Made by a program: the position numbers and the translations under genes | Source: a virus | Lineage: Duplodnaviria > Caudoviricetes | Strand: one strand, 5' to 3' | Virus record (IMG/VR): IMGVR_UViG_3300009156_000033 | Span: 1-56,658 of that record | DNA length: 56,658 nt | Shown here: in pieces, positions 44,051 through 51,739 of the stretch | Layout: every line of letters begins with the position of its first letter | Numbering within the stretch: position 1 is the stretch's first letter | Notes under the pieces: model-generated | Told to the model about the DNA's origin: nothing | Database searches by the model: none | The model's input: the letters and a program-made list of their open reading frames with translations, nothing else

Positions 44051-44135
44051 TTTCCCGGCTGAAAACCGTGTCAAGCAGCATCATCGCGCAGCCTGATCCG
44101 CCCAACGAAAAGCTGACCGACAGCCGCGAATAACC

Positions 44136-44297
44136 ATGACGCCAGTATTTCACAGCGAGCTTCCGACAACAAGCCTTCGCGGTGCGGGTTGGCGTGTTGT
44201 AGGCGAGCGTGGTGGCGGTTCATGGAGCCGCGAGAGCCGCCCGCGAGTGGACACGCACCCGCTTCAGACAAAGATGTTGTGGGAGGTGACGACGTGA
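44136..44297 (+). pseudogene. Truncated C-terminal fragment of an XF1762/Mom-like GNAT gene
   Basis: SLRGAGWRVVGERGGGSWSRESRPRVDTHPLQTKMLWE resembles that family's C-terminus (recalled from memory); GTGA overlap with the next gene. Confidence 0.5.
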
Positions 44298-45760
44298 ACG
44301 CGGACGCCGTAGTACCCAACCACCCGCCGTCCATTGACCCCGGCGCGATCCGTCTCGCCGTCGTAGCTGAAGCCCCGGCCGTCGAGGAATGCTCGTGGCG
44401 TATCTGCTCCCAAGGCCACGGTTACGGTGGCGAGCACTGGGAGAACCGCCAGATCGTCACGCGCGATCGCTGCCCTGCCTGCGGCTCGACCCAGTGGACC
44501 GAGCGCCCGACGCCCTTGGTCGGCCAGAGCGGACGCCTCCTGAACGACCTCCTCAAGGACGCCGGTCTGCCGCGTGAGCGCGTCTGGGTCGGCAACGTCT
44601 CGCGTCGTCCGCTTGCCGAAGCCGAAAAGACGCTCGACCAGAACCGCGGCGGCTTGGCCCGCCTCGCCTACGACCTGTCGCAGTTTAAGCCCAACTGCGT
44701 CCTCGCGCTGGGTGGCCTTGCGCTCAAGGCGTTCTTGGGCGACCACCGCTTCGGCGACTCCATCACCAACTGGCGCGGCAGCGTGTTTGAGGGCGTACTC
44801 GATGGCGTCACCTACAAGGTCGTTGGGGCAATGCACCCAGCGGCCATCTTGCGCGAGCCGAGCCAGCTTGCCCTTCTGCGCTTCGACGTTGCCCGGAGCG
44901 TGGCCGAGGCGGCTTCCAGCACGCTGGACACCCCCCGGCGCGTTGTGGACGCGCCAAACGACGCCTACGCGGTTGTGGAGGCCCTCCAGCGGATCCGGGC
45001 ACGCCGCGAACCCGTTGGCTTCGATATTGAGGGAGGGTGCGAAACGGGCGTCACCGTCCTGTCGTTCGCCGACACCCCACTGCACGCCTTGAGCGTGCCG
45101 TTTCGGCGCATGGATTGGTCGCGGGTGTGGGGCGACCAGGGCGAGGACACCATCTGGTACGCCGTCCGCCTCCTGTGCGAGGACGAGGCGGTGCCCAAGG
45201 TTATGCACAACGCTGGGTACGAGACGTTCGCCCTGCGCTGGCTGCACGGCATCCGGATCCAAGGCGTCGAGGACTCGATGCTGGCTTTCCACGCCGTTTG
45301 GCCCGAGCTGGACAAGGCCCTGGACGTGGTCGCGTCGCTGCTCACCCGTCAGCCGTACTGGGGTACGACGAAGGACTGGCGCACCGACGAGGACCGCGAC
45401 ACCTACAACGCCATCGACTCCTGCGTCTGCCTCGAAGCGTTCCAAGCTATCCAACGCCTTGAGGAGTGGACGCCCGCCGTGGCGGCATACTACCGGCACT
45501 GCCGCGACCTGCTCGAGCCGTGCGGCGAGATGTCCTTCGCCGGCATCCCCTACGACGCTGCGGCGCGCGACACCCTCGTTGCCAAGCTCAAGGCCGAGGT
45601 GTATGCGTTGACCGGCGAACTGGACACGCTCGCGGGCATCGCACCGCCGACGTTCGCCGAGGTTGCCGAAGCCGTCTGCATGAAGATACGCCTGCCAAAG
45701 GTCGGGGACTGGGCCGACATCCTGACGTATGCCCGCCCAACGATGCGCGAGACGCTATGA
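44294..45760 (+). CDS. DNA polymerase N-terminal part: family-4-like uracil-DNA glycosylase + 3'-5' exonuclease
   Basis: VAEAPAVEE...PLVGQSGRLL, VGNV, LALGGLAL, MHPAAILR; ExoI FDIEG, ExoII MHNAGYE, ExoIII YNAIDS; GGAGGT SD before GTG 44294. Confidence 0.85.
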   Translation: MNADAVVPNHPPSIDPGAIRLAVVAEAPAVEECSWRICSQGHGYGGEHWENRQIVTRDRCPACGSTQWTERPTPLVGQSGRLLNDLLKDAGLPRERVWVGNVSRRPLAEAEKTLDQNRGGLARLAYDLSQFKPNCVLALGGLALKAFLGDHRFGDSITNWRGSVFEGVLDGVTYKVVGAMHPAAILREPSQLALLRFDVARSVAEAASSTLDTPRRVVDAPNDAYAVVEALQRIRARREPVGFDIEGGCETGVTVLSFADTPLHALSVPFRRMDWSRVWGDQGEDTIWYAVRLLCEDEAVPKVMHNAGYETFALRWLHGIRIQGVEDSMLAFHAVWPELDKALDVVASLLTRQPYWGTTKDWRTDEDRDTYNAIDSCVCLEAFQAIQRLEEWTPAVAAYYRHCRDLLEPCGEMSFAGIPYDAAARDTLVAKLKAEVYALTGELDTLAGIAPPTFAEVAEAVCMKIRLPKVGDWADILTYARPTMRETL

Positions 45761-47292
45761 AGCAGCCCACCCTCAATTTCGACGAGTCGCCCAGCCCGGT
45801 GGCCCGGGAGCGATGTGAGCGGGAGCCCGTGCAAGGACGCTCATCGGCGCATGGTTCCGCCGGCACAAACGCCTTGCACAGCGGCGACTCGTCGATTGAC
45901 CCGGACTGGGAGGTGCAGGATGACGACGACCCGGACGACGGCGATCCGGCGCCCGAACCGAGCGACCCGACGGACGACTCCGCGAAGCCCAAGCGCACCA
46001 AGAAAGCGCCCAAGCCCCCGCCCGACCCCGCCGGCCCCCGCTCCATCGCCGCCCGCATCGTCTCGCTCGCGCAACAAGGTATCCTCACCGACACCGAACG
46101 CGGCGAACTCGATACCCTCCTCGATCGCCACATCAACAGCGGCTCGACCAAGCAGCTCCGCGAGTGGCTTTACGAACGCTGGGCCCTGCCGAAGCGCTAC
46201 ATCAAGGAGGGCTCGCGCAACACGACCAAGCTCTCCGTCGCCGTAGACGCCCTGCTTGCCACGTACCGCCAAACCCGCGATCGCCGCCTTGAGCTCCTGC
46301 TGCAACTCAGCGATCGCAAGACGCAGCTCGAATCGCTCGGCTGCAAGCTCGACAAGGACGGGCGCATACGCTTCTCCCTGAACATCGCCGGCACCAAGGT
46401 CGGGCGCATGGCCTGCAACGCCTCGCAAACCGGCTCCGGATTCAACCTACAAACCGTCACCCGCGCCCACCGCCACCTGTTCGGCGCCGACCCGGGCCAC
46501 GACTTCTACCAGATTGATCTCAAGACGGCCGACGGCTGGACCATTGGCGCGGAGTGCGCCGCCCTCGGCGATACCCGGATGCTCGACGACATGCGCGCCG
46601 GCTTCAAGCCTGCCAACGCCGTCGTCCTATTGCTCGAGCACGGCGTAGCGGTCAATTCTTGGCCCATGGAGCGCTGTCTTGAGGCCCAGCGCGGCATCGA
46701 CAAGGGTGCGTGGCAATACCTCGCCTGCAAAAAGGGCATCTGGGGCACGGCTTACGGCCTCGGCGACGTCGCACTGAGCGAGAAGATCCTTGAGGAAGCG
46801 TGGAAGGAGGCCGGCGAGCTGGTCCGCGTCACGGCCGCCGACTGCAAGCGCCTACAGGCCGCCGTCCACGCCCGCTATCCCGGCATCAAGCGGCGCTGGG
46901 AACGCATTAAGATGCTGCTTGCCCGAGACGGCAAGCTGGAGGCGTGCGGCGGCCAAGTCCGCGACTTCTTCGGCCCAAAAACCGACCACGGCACGCACAA
47001 GGAAGCCTATGCCTACTCGCCTGCGGCCAACACCGCATGGGCCAATGGCCTCGCCCTGCTCGCCATCTGGCGCGACCCGGCCAACATCGCCCCGGACGGC
47101 ACACGCATCTTCCGCCCGCTCCTCCAGGTTCACGACAGCGTCCTCGGCCAAGCCCCGGTCGAGCGCCGTGCGTGGGTGGAGGAACGCATACCGACGTGGT
47201 ACGCGAACCCGCTGACGGTCGCCGGCACGACCTTCGTCATCCCCTACGAAGCGTGCCGCGGGACGAACTGGGGCGACGTGAAGGCGATATGA
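45757..47292 (+). CDS. polA: DNA polymerase family A, polymerase part
   Basis: INSGSTKQL, GTKVGRMA, NLQT, motif A IDLKTAD, motif B KKGIWGTAYG, motif C LQVHDS. Confidence 0.85.
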   Translation: MKQPTLNFDESPSPVARERCEREPVQGRSSAHGSAGTNALHSGDSSIDPDWEVQDDDDPDDGDPAPEPSDPTDDSAKPKRTKKAPKPPPDPAGPRSIAARIVSLAQQGILTDTERGELDTLLDRHINSGSTKQLREWLYERWALPKRYIKEGSRNTTKLSVAVDALLATYRQTRDRRLELLLQLSDRKTQLESLGCKLDKDGRIRFSLNIAGTKVGRMACNASQTGSGFNLQTVTRAHRHLFGADPGHDFYQIDLKTADGWTIGAECAALGDTRMLDDMRAGFKPANAVVLLLEHGVAVNSWPMERCLEAQRGIDKGAWQYLACKKGIWGTAYGLGDVALSEKILEEAWKEAGELVRVTAADCKRLQAAVHARYPGIKRRWERIKMLLARDGKLEACGGQVRDFFGPKTDHGTHKEAYAYSPAANTAWANGLALLAIWRDPANIAPDGTRIFRPLLQVHDSVLGQAPVERRAWVEERIPTWYANPLTVAGTTFVIPYEACRGTNWGDVKAI

Positions 47293-47483
47293 CCAACGAA
47301 CAATGGGCGAACGACCCAGACGCACAACTCGACGCGTGGTACGAAGCGCAAGGCGCAAGCGTCCCGCTTGAGGAGGACCACTGCGCCGACTGCGGCCTGC
47401 TGTTCCGCCCGACGCGCCCCACGACCCTGTGCCCGGAGTGCGCGGCGCGGCGTGCCGAGGAGTGGGAGAACTGGGCATCGTGA
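47289..47483 (+). CDS. Small Zn-finger protein
   Basis: CADCG...LCPEC. Confidence 0.6.
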   Translation: MTNEQWANDPDAQLDAWYEAQGASVPLEEDHCADCGLLFRPTRPTTLCPECAARRAEEWENWAS

Positions 47484-47686
47484 ACGCCATCTCCATCACC
47501 TCCAGTTGGCGCGTCTTTCCCGGTTACGTGCGCCGCCCCGACGGCACCTATGCCCGCACCGTTGAGATCGTCAATCATCACGGCGGACGCTCGCGCAGCC
47601 ACGAAACGCTCGTGCGCGACGCCAAGGGCAGGCTGCTGCGGGTCGAGCACAGCGCACGCGCTCGCACGAAGCGCAAGGAAGCATGA
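47480..47686 (+). CDS. Hypothetical protein
   Basis: GTGA-coupled. Confidence 0.5.
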   Translation: MNAISITSSWRVFPGYVRRPDGTYARTVEIVNHHGGRSRSHETLVRDAKGRLLRVEHSARARTKRKEA

Positions 47687-48426
47687 GTGACCCCGTCCAC
47701 ATCATCAGCCTTGGCGCAGGTGTGCAGTCCTCAACGATGGCGCTCATGGCCGCTGCGGGCGAGATAATGCCGATGCCAGTGGCGGCGGTGTTTGCGGACA
47801 CGGGCGATGAGCCGGACGAGGTTTACGTGTGGCTTGCGAAGCTGGAGAAACTGCTGCCCTTCCCGACGCACCGCGTCATGTCGCATCACGGCACGCTGCT
47901 GGCGAACCTGTTCAAGGGCGACCACTCGCAAATACCCGCGTTCCGACCCGGCGAGATTGGCAAGCGCCAATGCACCGAACACTGGAAGCGCCGCCCGATT
48001 CGCCGCGAGATGAAGCGCATCGCGAACGGCACGCCGGTCGTCCAATGGATCGGCATAAGTGTGGACGAGATCAGCCGCGCTAAAGACAGTGACGTGCAGT
48101 GGCTCGTTAACCGGCACCCACTCCTAGAAGCGCGAATGCACCGCCGTAACTGCGTTGCGTGGCTTCGCCGTCGCGGTCTGCACGCGCCCAAGTCCGCGTG
48201 CTTTTACTGCCCCTACCACACCGACGCACAGTGGCGTGGCTTCAAGAGCGACGGGCAATCCGCCACGTGGAGGCGCATCATCGCCGTGGACAAGCTCCTC
48301 AACGCTCGTGGCGAGTACCTCCACTCGTCCTGTCAACATATTGCCGACGTGGACTTCTCCACCGAGGAAGAACGCGGCCAGCTCAACATGTTCAACAACG
48401 AGTGCGAAGGCATGTGCGGCGTATGA
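47683..48426 (+). CDS. PAPS-reductase-like (PP-loop adenine nucleotide alpha hydrolase) protein
   Basis: ISLGAGVQSS, FADTGDE, RQCT, WIGISVDE, KSACFYCPY, ECEGMCGV. Confidence 0.8.
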   Translation: MSDPVHIISLGAGVQSSTMALMAAAGEIMPMPVAAVFADTGDEPDEVYVWLAKLEKLLPFPTHRVMSHHGTLLANLFKGDHSQIPAFRPGEIGKRQCTEHWKRRPIRREMKRIANGTPVVQWIGISVDEISRAKDSDVQWLVNRHPLLEARMHRRNCVAWLRRRGLHAPKSACFYCPYHTDAQWRGFKSDGQSATWRRIIAVDKLLNARGEYLHSSCQHIADVDFSTEEERGQLNMFNNECEGMCGV

Positions 48427-48508
48427 CAACAAGCCTGCGCGTCGAGCACAGCAGGCGGGCGCGCACGAAGCTCACGGCGGCGACGGCCCCAAGTCCAGCA
48501 CCCGCGCC

Positions 48509-49228
48509 ATGACGCCATACTACCGCGACGCGCAATGCACCATTTACCATGGTGACGCTCGCGAAGTCGTGCCGCGATTGCCGTACTGCGAAGCCGTCGT
48601 CACCGACCCGGTGTGGCCCAACTGCGTCGTGCCGCTTTATGGCTCCGACGACCCGTTCGCGATGTTCAGCATCACGTTGCACGTCCTGCCGCAATTACCC
48701 AAGCGACTCGCAGTCCACTTGGGCTGCGACTCCGACCCGCGCTTCCTGATGGCGGTACCCAAGACGCTACCGTTCTTCCGCGTCGTGTGGTTGCGCCTCG
48801 CCGTGCCGGGCTTCAAGGGACGCCTATTGCAAGGCTCCGACGTGGCGTACCTGTTCGGTGAGCCGCCTGTGTCGCGTAAGGGTGCGCATCTTATCGGCGG
48901 CGAATGCACCGACTCCTTCGGGCTTGGGCGCGAGTCCGACCATCCGTGCCCGCGCAAACTCAAGCACGCCAGCTGGCTTGTGACGCGCTGGACTGATGAC
49001 GGCGACACAATTCTCGACCCGTTCATGGGCAGCGGCACGACGCTAGTTGCGGCGAAGCTGTGCAACCGCAAGTGCGTTGGCGTCGAAGTCGAGGAGCAAT
49101 TCTGCGAGATGGCCGCGTTACGTCTGCGGCAGGAAGTGCTCGACCTACGTCAAGGCGACGGCCCAACATCCACGACACGCGGCCACAGCGCCCCTCCCGC
49201 CACGCACGGGTCGATGTTGAAGCTGTAG
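48509..49228 (+). CDS. N4/N6 DNA methyltransferase (beta class)
   Basis: IYHGDA, motif IV variant TDPVW, HPCPRK, LDPFMGSGTT. Confidence 0.8.
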   Translation: MTPYYRDAQCTIYHGDAREVVPRLPYCEAVVTDPVWPNCVVPLYGSDDPFAMFSITLHVLPQLPKRLAVHLGCDSDPRFLMAVPKTLPFFRVVWLRLAVPGFKGRLLQGSDVAYLFGEPPVSRKGAHLIGGECTDSFGLGRESDHPCPRKLKHASWLVTRWTDDGDTILDPFMGSGTTLVAAKLCNRKCVGVEVEEQFCEMAALRLRQEVLDLRQGDGPTSTTRGHSAPPATHGSMLKL

Positions 49229-49500
49229 TACTCGTCGTGCAGCGCGCCACGCGTTGACTTCCGCCAGGGAGCGCTCCAGTTCACGCCGTCGCTCGTCACC
49301 TGCACGTCGTACTCACGGTTGGGCTCAAGCTCAAAGCTCACGTACAGCATCAAGCCGCCGCTCGTGGGATGCGGGAAATAAACGAGGCCGTGAAGTGGAT
49401 CGTGCGGCGTGTAGGCGCGTGGCTTCGGCTGCGCCCACAGGCCAAAGGCGATGGCCGCCATTGCGACGGCCACCGCGATGATGGTTGTGGAGCGCTTCAC
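49150..49500 (-). CDS. Secreted/membrane-anchored small protein
   Basis: MKRSTTIIAVAVAMAAIAFGLWAQ signal-like N-terminus. Confidence 0.6.
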   Translation of the reverse strand: MKRSTTIIAVAVAMAAIAFGLWAQPKPRAYTPHDPLHGLVYFPHPTSGGLMLYVSFELEPNREYDVQVTSDGVNWSAPWRKSTRGALHDEYYSFNIDPCVAGGALWPRVVDVGPSP

Positions 49501-49790
49501 GGCGTCGGGGCGGGCGCTTCCTCGGTCGCTGCATCCAGCGCCGCCAGTGCGTCCTTGACGCCCAAAATGCGCGTCGAAAGCCCGTTCACGGCCGCCTCCG
49601 ACTTGTCCAGCAACGCCTGGTCTTCCGGCGTCACCGTCCCAGCGCTGTTCTGTAGCTGCTCGATCAACGCCTTCAATCGCGACACGTCGCCGGACACGCC
49701 GGCCACGCTCGTCACGATTGAATCTACACTGCTGCCGATGGCGACAAACGCCGCATCGACCTTCGCTTCATAGTCACTGATTGCACTCAT
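49497..49790 (-). CDS. Hypothetical coiled-coil protein (lysis-module associated)
   Basis: MSAISDYEAKVDAAF...LQNSAGTVTPEDQALL. Confidence 0.65.
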   Translation of the reverse strand: MSAISDYEAKVDAAFVAIGSSVDSIVTSVAGVSGDVSRLKALIEQLQNSAGTVTPEDQALLDKSEAAVNGLSTRILGVKDALAALDAATEEAPAPTP

Positions 49791-49822
49791 GCACTTCGCT
49801 TTCATTGAGCCCTTGCGGGCGG

Positions 49823-50038
49823 TTAGGTTTGCGCGTCTAACGCCGCGAGTGCCCGCGCTAGGCGAGCCAGCTGCGACCTCAGAGCGTTCAGTCTGCCGAG
49901 CACGTCGTCACCACGAAGCAGCGCCATCAATTCGACGTGCCGCGCCTCGTTCGAGCGCTCGGTTTGCGCAAGGATTGTCTGCACGCCCTCAAGGAGGTGC
50001 GCCAGCCGGTTATCCTGCGGGTCATGGTCTTTAGCCAT
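49823..50038 (-). CDS. Hypothetical protein
   Basis: MAKDHDPQ...ALDAQT. Confidence 0.5.
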   Translation of the reverse strand: MAKDHDPQDNRLAHLLEGVQTILAQTERSNEARHVELMALLRGDDVLGRLNALRSQLARLARALAALDAQT

Positions 50039-50085
50039 GGCACAACGTAGGGGCAAACACCGTAGCGGGCAATGGGGGATTCGCC

Positions 50086-50295
50086 CTATTTCGCGGCAGC
50101 AAGCGCGTCGAGAATTGCGCGAACATGGTTGCCGGTTGCGCCGCAGTATCCCGCGTACACGTCCGGCACGTTTATGTCCCAACGCTTGATACACTGCCAC
50201 ACCGCCTCGAACTCAGGCGTTTCGAGCATCTCGGGTGTTGGGTCGGGCCACGGACGCTTTACCGTCGGCTCGTGGATGTGCGTAAGCTGCGTCAT
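50086..50295 (-). CDS. Hypothetical protein
   Basis: PDPTPEMLETPEFEAVWQCIKRWDINVP...GATGNHVRAIL. Confidence 0.6.
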   Translation of the reverse strand: MTQLTHIHEPTVKRPWPDPTPEMLETPEFEAVWQCIKRWDINVPDVYAGYCGATGNHVRAILDALAAAK

Positions 50296-50624
50296 TTCGC
50301 GGCGGCGAGAATCTGCGCCAACAGGTGCAGCATGTAGACGGCGTTGGTGGACGAGGACGATTCGGACAGGCCGGCCAGGGTCATGCCCTGCGTTTTGTCC
50401 GTGGTTGTGGCACGCAACTTGGTGAGATCGGATTGCGCGTCGAACAGCGTATAGACCTTGATGCGTGTCTCGCGCTTCGTGCCGTCCTGCGCCGTCTCGA
50501 CCTGTTGCGAACTGAACATGGCGCACCCGCTGGCGAGCATGATGAGCCACGCCACCAGCGCGGCGGCGAGCAAGTAGATGGCCGTCGTGAGCCAGTAGGC
50601 GAGGCGTTGGCGGGTGGTGAGCAT
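50292..50624 (-). CDS. Lipoprotein, possible spanin
   Basis: TM segment ending in lipobox LASGC; follows the holin-like gene. Confidence 0.55.
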   Translation of the reverse strand: MLTTRQRLAYWLTTAIYLLAAALVAWLIMLASGCAMFSSQQVETAQDGTKRETRIKVYTLFDAQSDLTKLRATTTDKTQGMTLAGLSESSSSTNAVYMLHLLAQILAAAK

Positions 50625-50932
50625 CAGTCGCCGGGGGTAGGCGCGATGCGCTTCGTGACGGTTTGGTTGACGATCTCCCGTATCCCCACGCCTAGCGTCC
50701 CCAACGCCGCGCAGTCCACCCAGCTTAGGTGCAGCCCAACGAGCGCATTCGTGCCAAGCCCAACCAGCAGCCCCACCAGCGGCGCCATGCTCGGCAGCGC
50801 CCACGTCGGCACCTTTGGCACAAGCCAGCGCACCGCCTGGATGATGAGCGGGGTGATGAAGGCGACCGCATACGCCCATAGCTGTGCCTTGGTCTGGGGC
50901 GCCGGGTCGATGATTTGTGCGAGGGTTGTCAT
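50624..50932 (-). CDS. Holin-like membrane protein
   Basis: 102 aa, three hydrophobic segments, charged C-terminus. Confidence 0.6.
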   Translation of the reverse strand: MTTLAQIIDPAPQTKAQLWAYAVAFITPLIIQAVRWLVPKVPTWALPSMAPLVGLLVGLGTNALVGLHLSWVDCAALGTLGVGIREIVNQTVTKRIAPTPGD

Positions 50933-50963
50933 GGTGTCAGGCTACGCCGTCGCGGCGCAGCGG

Positions 50964-51365
50964 TCAACGCCTAAGCAGCGCCAGCACCAGCGTCACGACG
51001 AGCCCGGACAGCCCCAGCGCCACGACGACCATCTGGCCCACCGTCCAGCGCCTCGACGCCGTCCTGTCGCGCTCCGCCACGTCCAGCCTGTCGCTGAACG
51101 CCTTCACCACGTCCTCCAGCTTCTCGCGATTGACGAACTCACGCGCCTGCGATTCCATCTTGCGCGTCAGGTCATTGTGCGACGTGTTGTACACCCGCTG
51201 TGCCTCCTCCGCCTTCCCGATGGCGCGTTCGTTCGACGTGAACGCCGCCGCCGTCAGCTTCTCCATCGCCTCGAACCGCTCCGCGTAGCGCCGGTCGCGC
51301 TCGTCCATGAGCGCCTCAAAGCTCTTGATCCAGCGCTCGAAGTAGGCTGTCTGCTCGTCGTTCAC
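50964..51365 (-). CDS. Coiled-coil protein with C-terminal TM
   Basis: Hydrophobic C-terminus; lysis region. Confidence 0.6.
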   Translation of the reverse strand: MNDEQTAYFERWIKSFEALMDERDRRYAERFEAMEKLTAAAFTSNERAIGKAEEAQRVYNTSHNDLTRKMESQAREFVNREKLEDVVKAFSDRLDVAERDRTASRRWTVGQMVVVALGLSGLVVTLVLALLRR

Positions 51366-51628
51366 GGGTGCACTGCCTTGAAGATGACCGGCACGATGAC
51401 CTGCATCGCAATTACGATGCCGATGCCCACGGCGACGTGCTTTTCCAATGCCAGCAGCCTGTCATGGAGGCCGTCGCACTCCTTCTGCCAGTCGTTGTGG
51501 AGGCGTTGGCGCGTTCCTTTCTCGCTCTCGATGTCCGCGATGATGCGCCCAAGCTGAAGGTCGATGCGTGTCTGCTGCTCCGTCACAAGCTTCTCAAGCA
51601 CCGCCACCCGAACCTCGACGTTGTCCAT
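51362..51628 (-). CDS. Coiled-coil protein with C-terminal TM (XhlA/holin-like)
   Basis: AAAGGGG SD; RVAVLEK...RLLALEK+TM. Confidence 0.55.
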   Translation of the reverse strand: MDNVEVRVAVLEKLVTEQQTRIDLQLGRIIADIESEKGTRQRLHNDWQKECDGLHDRLLALEKHVAVGIGIVIAMQVIVPVIFKAVHP

Positions 51629-51739
51629 GTTCCCCTTTCGTTGAGTGTGACAGCGCTGCGCATGACGCGCTGAAGGTGCGCCACAAAGGGCAAGAACGCA
51701 AGGGATTTGAGGGTGGCTGGCCCGTCGAGCGAGCACTCG

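Larger units (their letters stand above)
42963..44135 (-). mobile_element. Integron-like attC cassette array lacking an integrase (CALIN-like), ORFs inverted
   Basis: Two complete attC sites (43140-43253, 43747-43881) and two half sites (42963-42998, 44100-44130); cassette ends are complementary. Confidence 0.8.

Noticed and set aside
44175-44204. Degenerate second half of the attC at 44100
   Set aside because: Pairing is poor and the bases are better explained as coding for SLRGAGWRVVG of the gene remnant.
45632-46101. Intein or group I/II intron in polA
   Set aside because: No C/S...HN intein ends, the frame is broken, and I recognised no intron core motifs.
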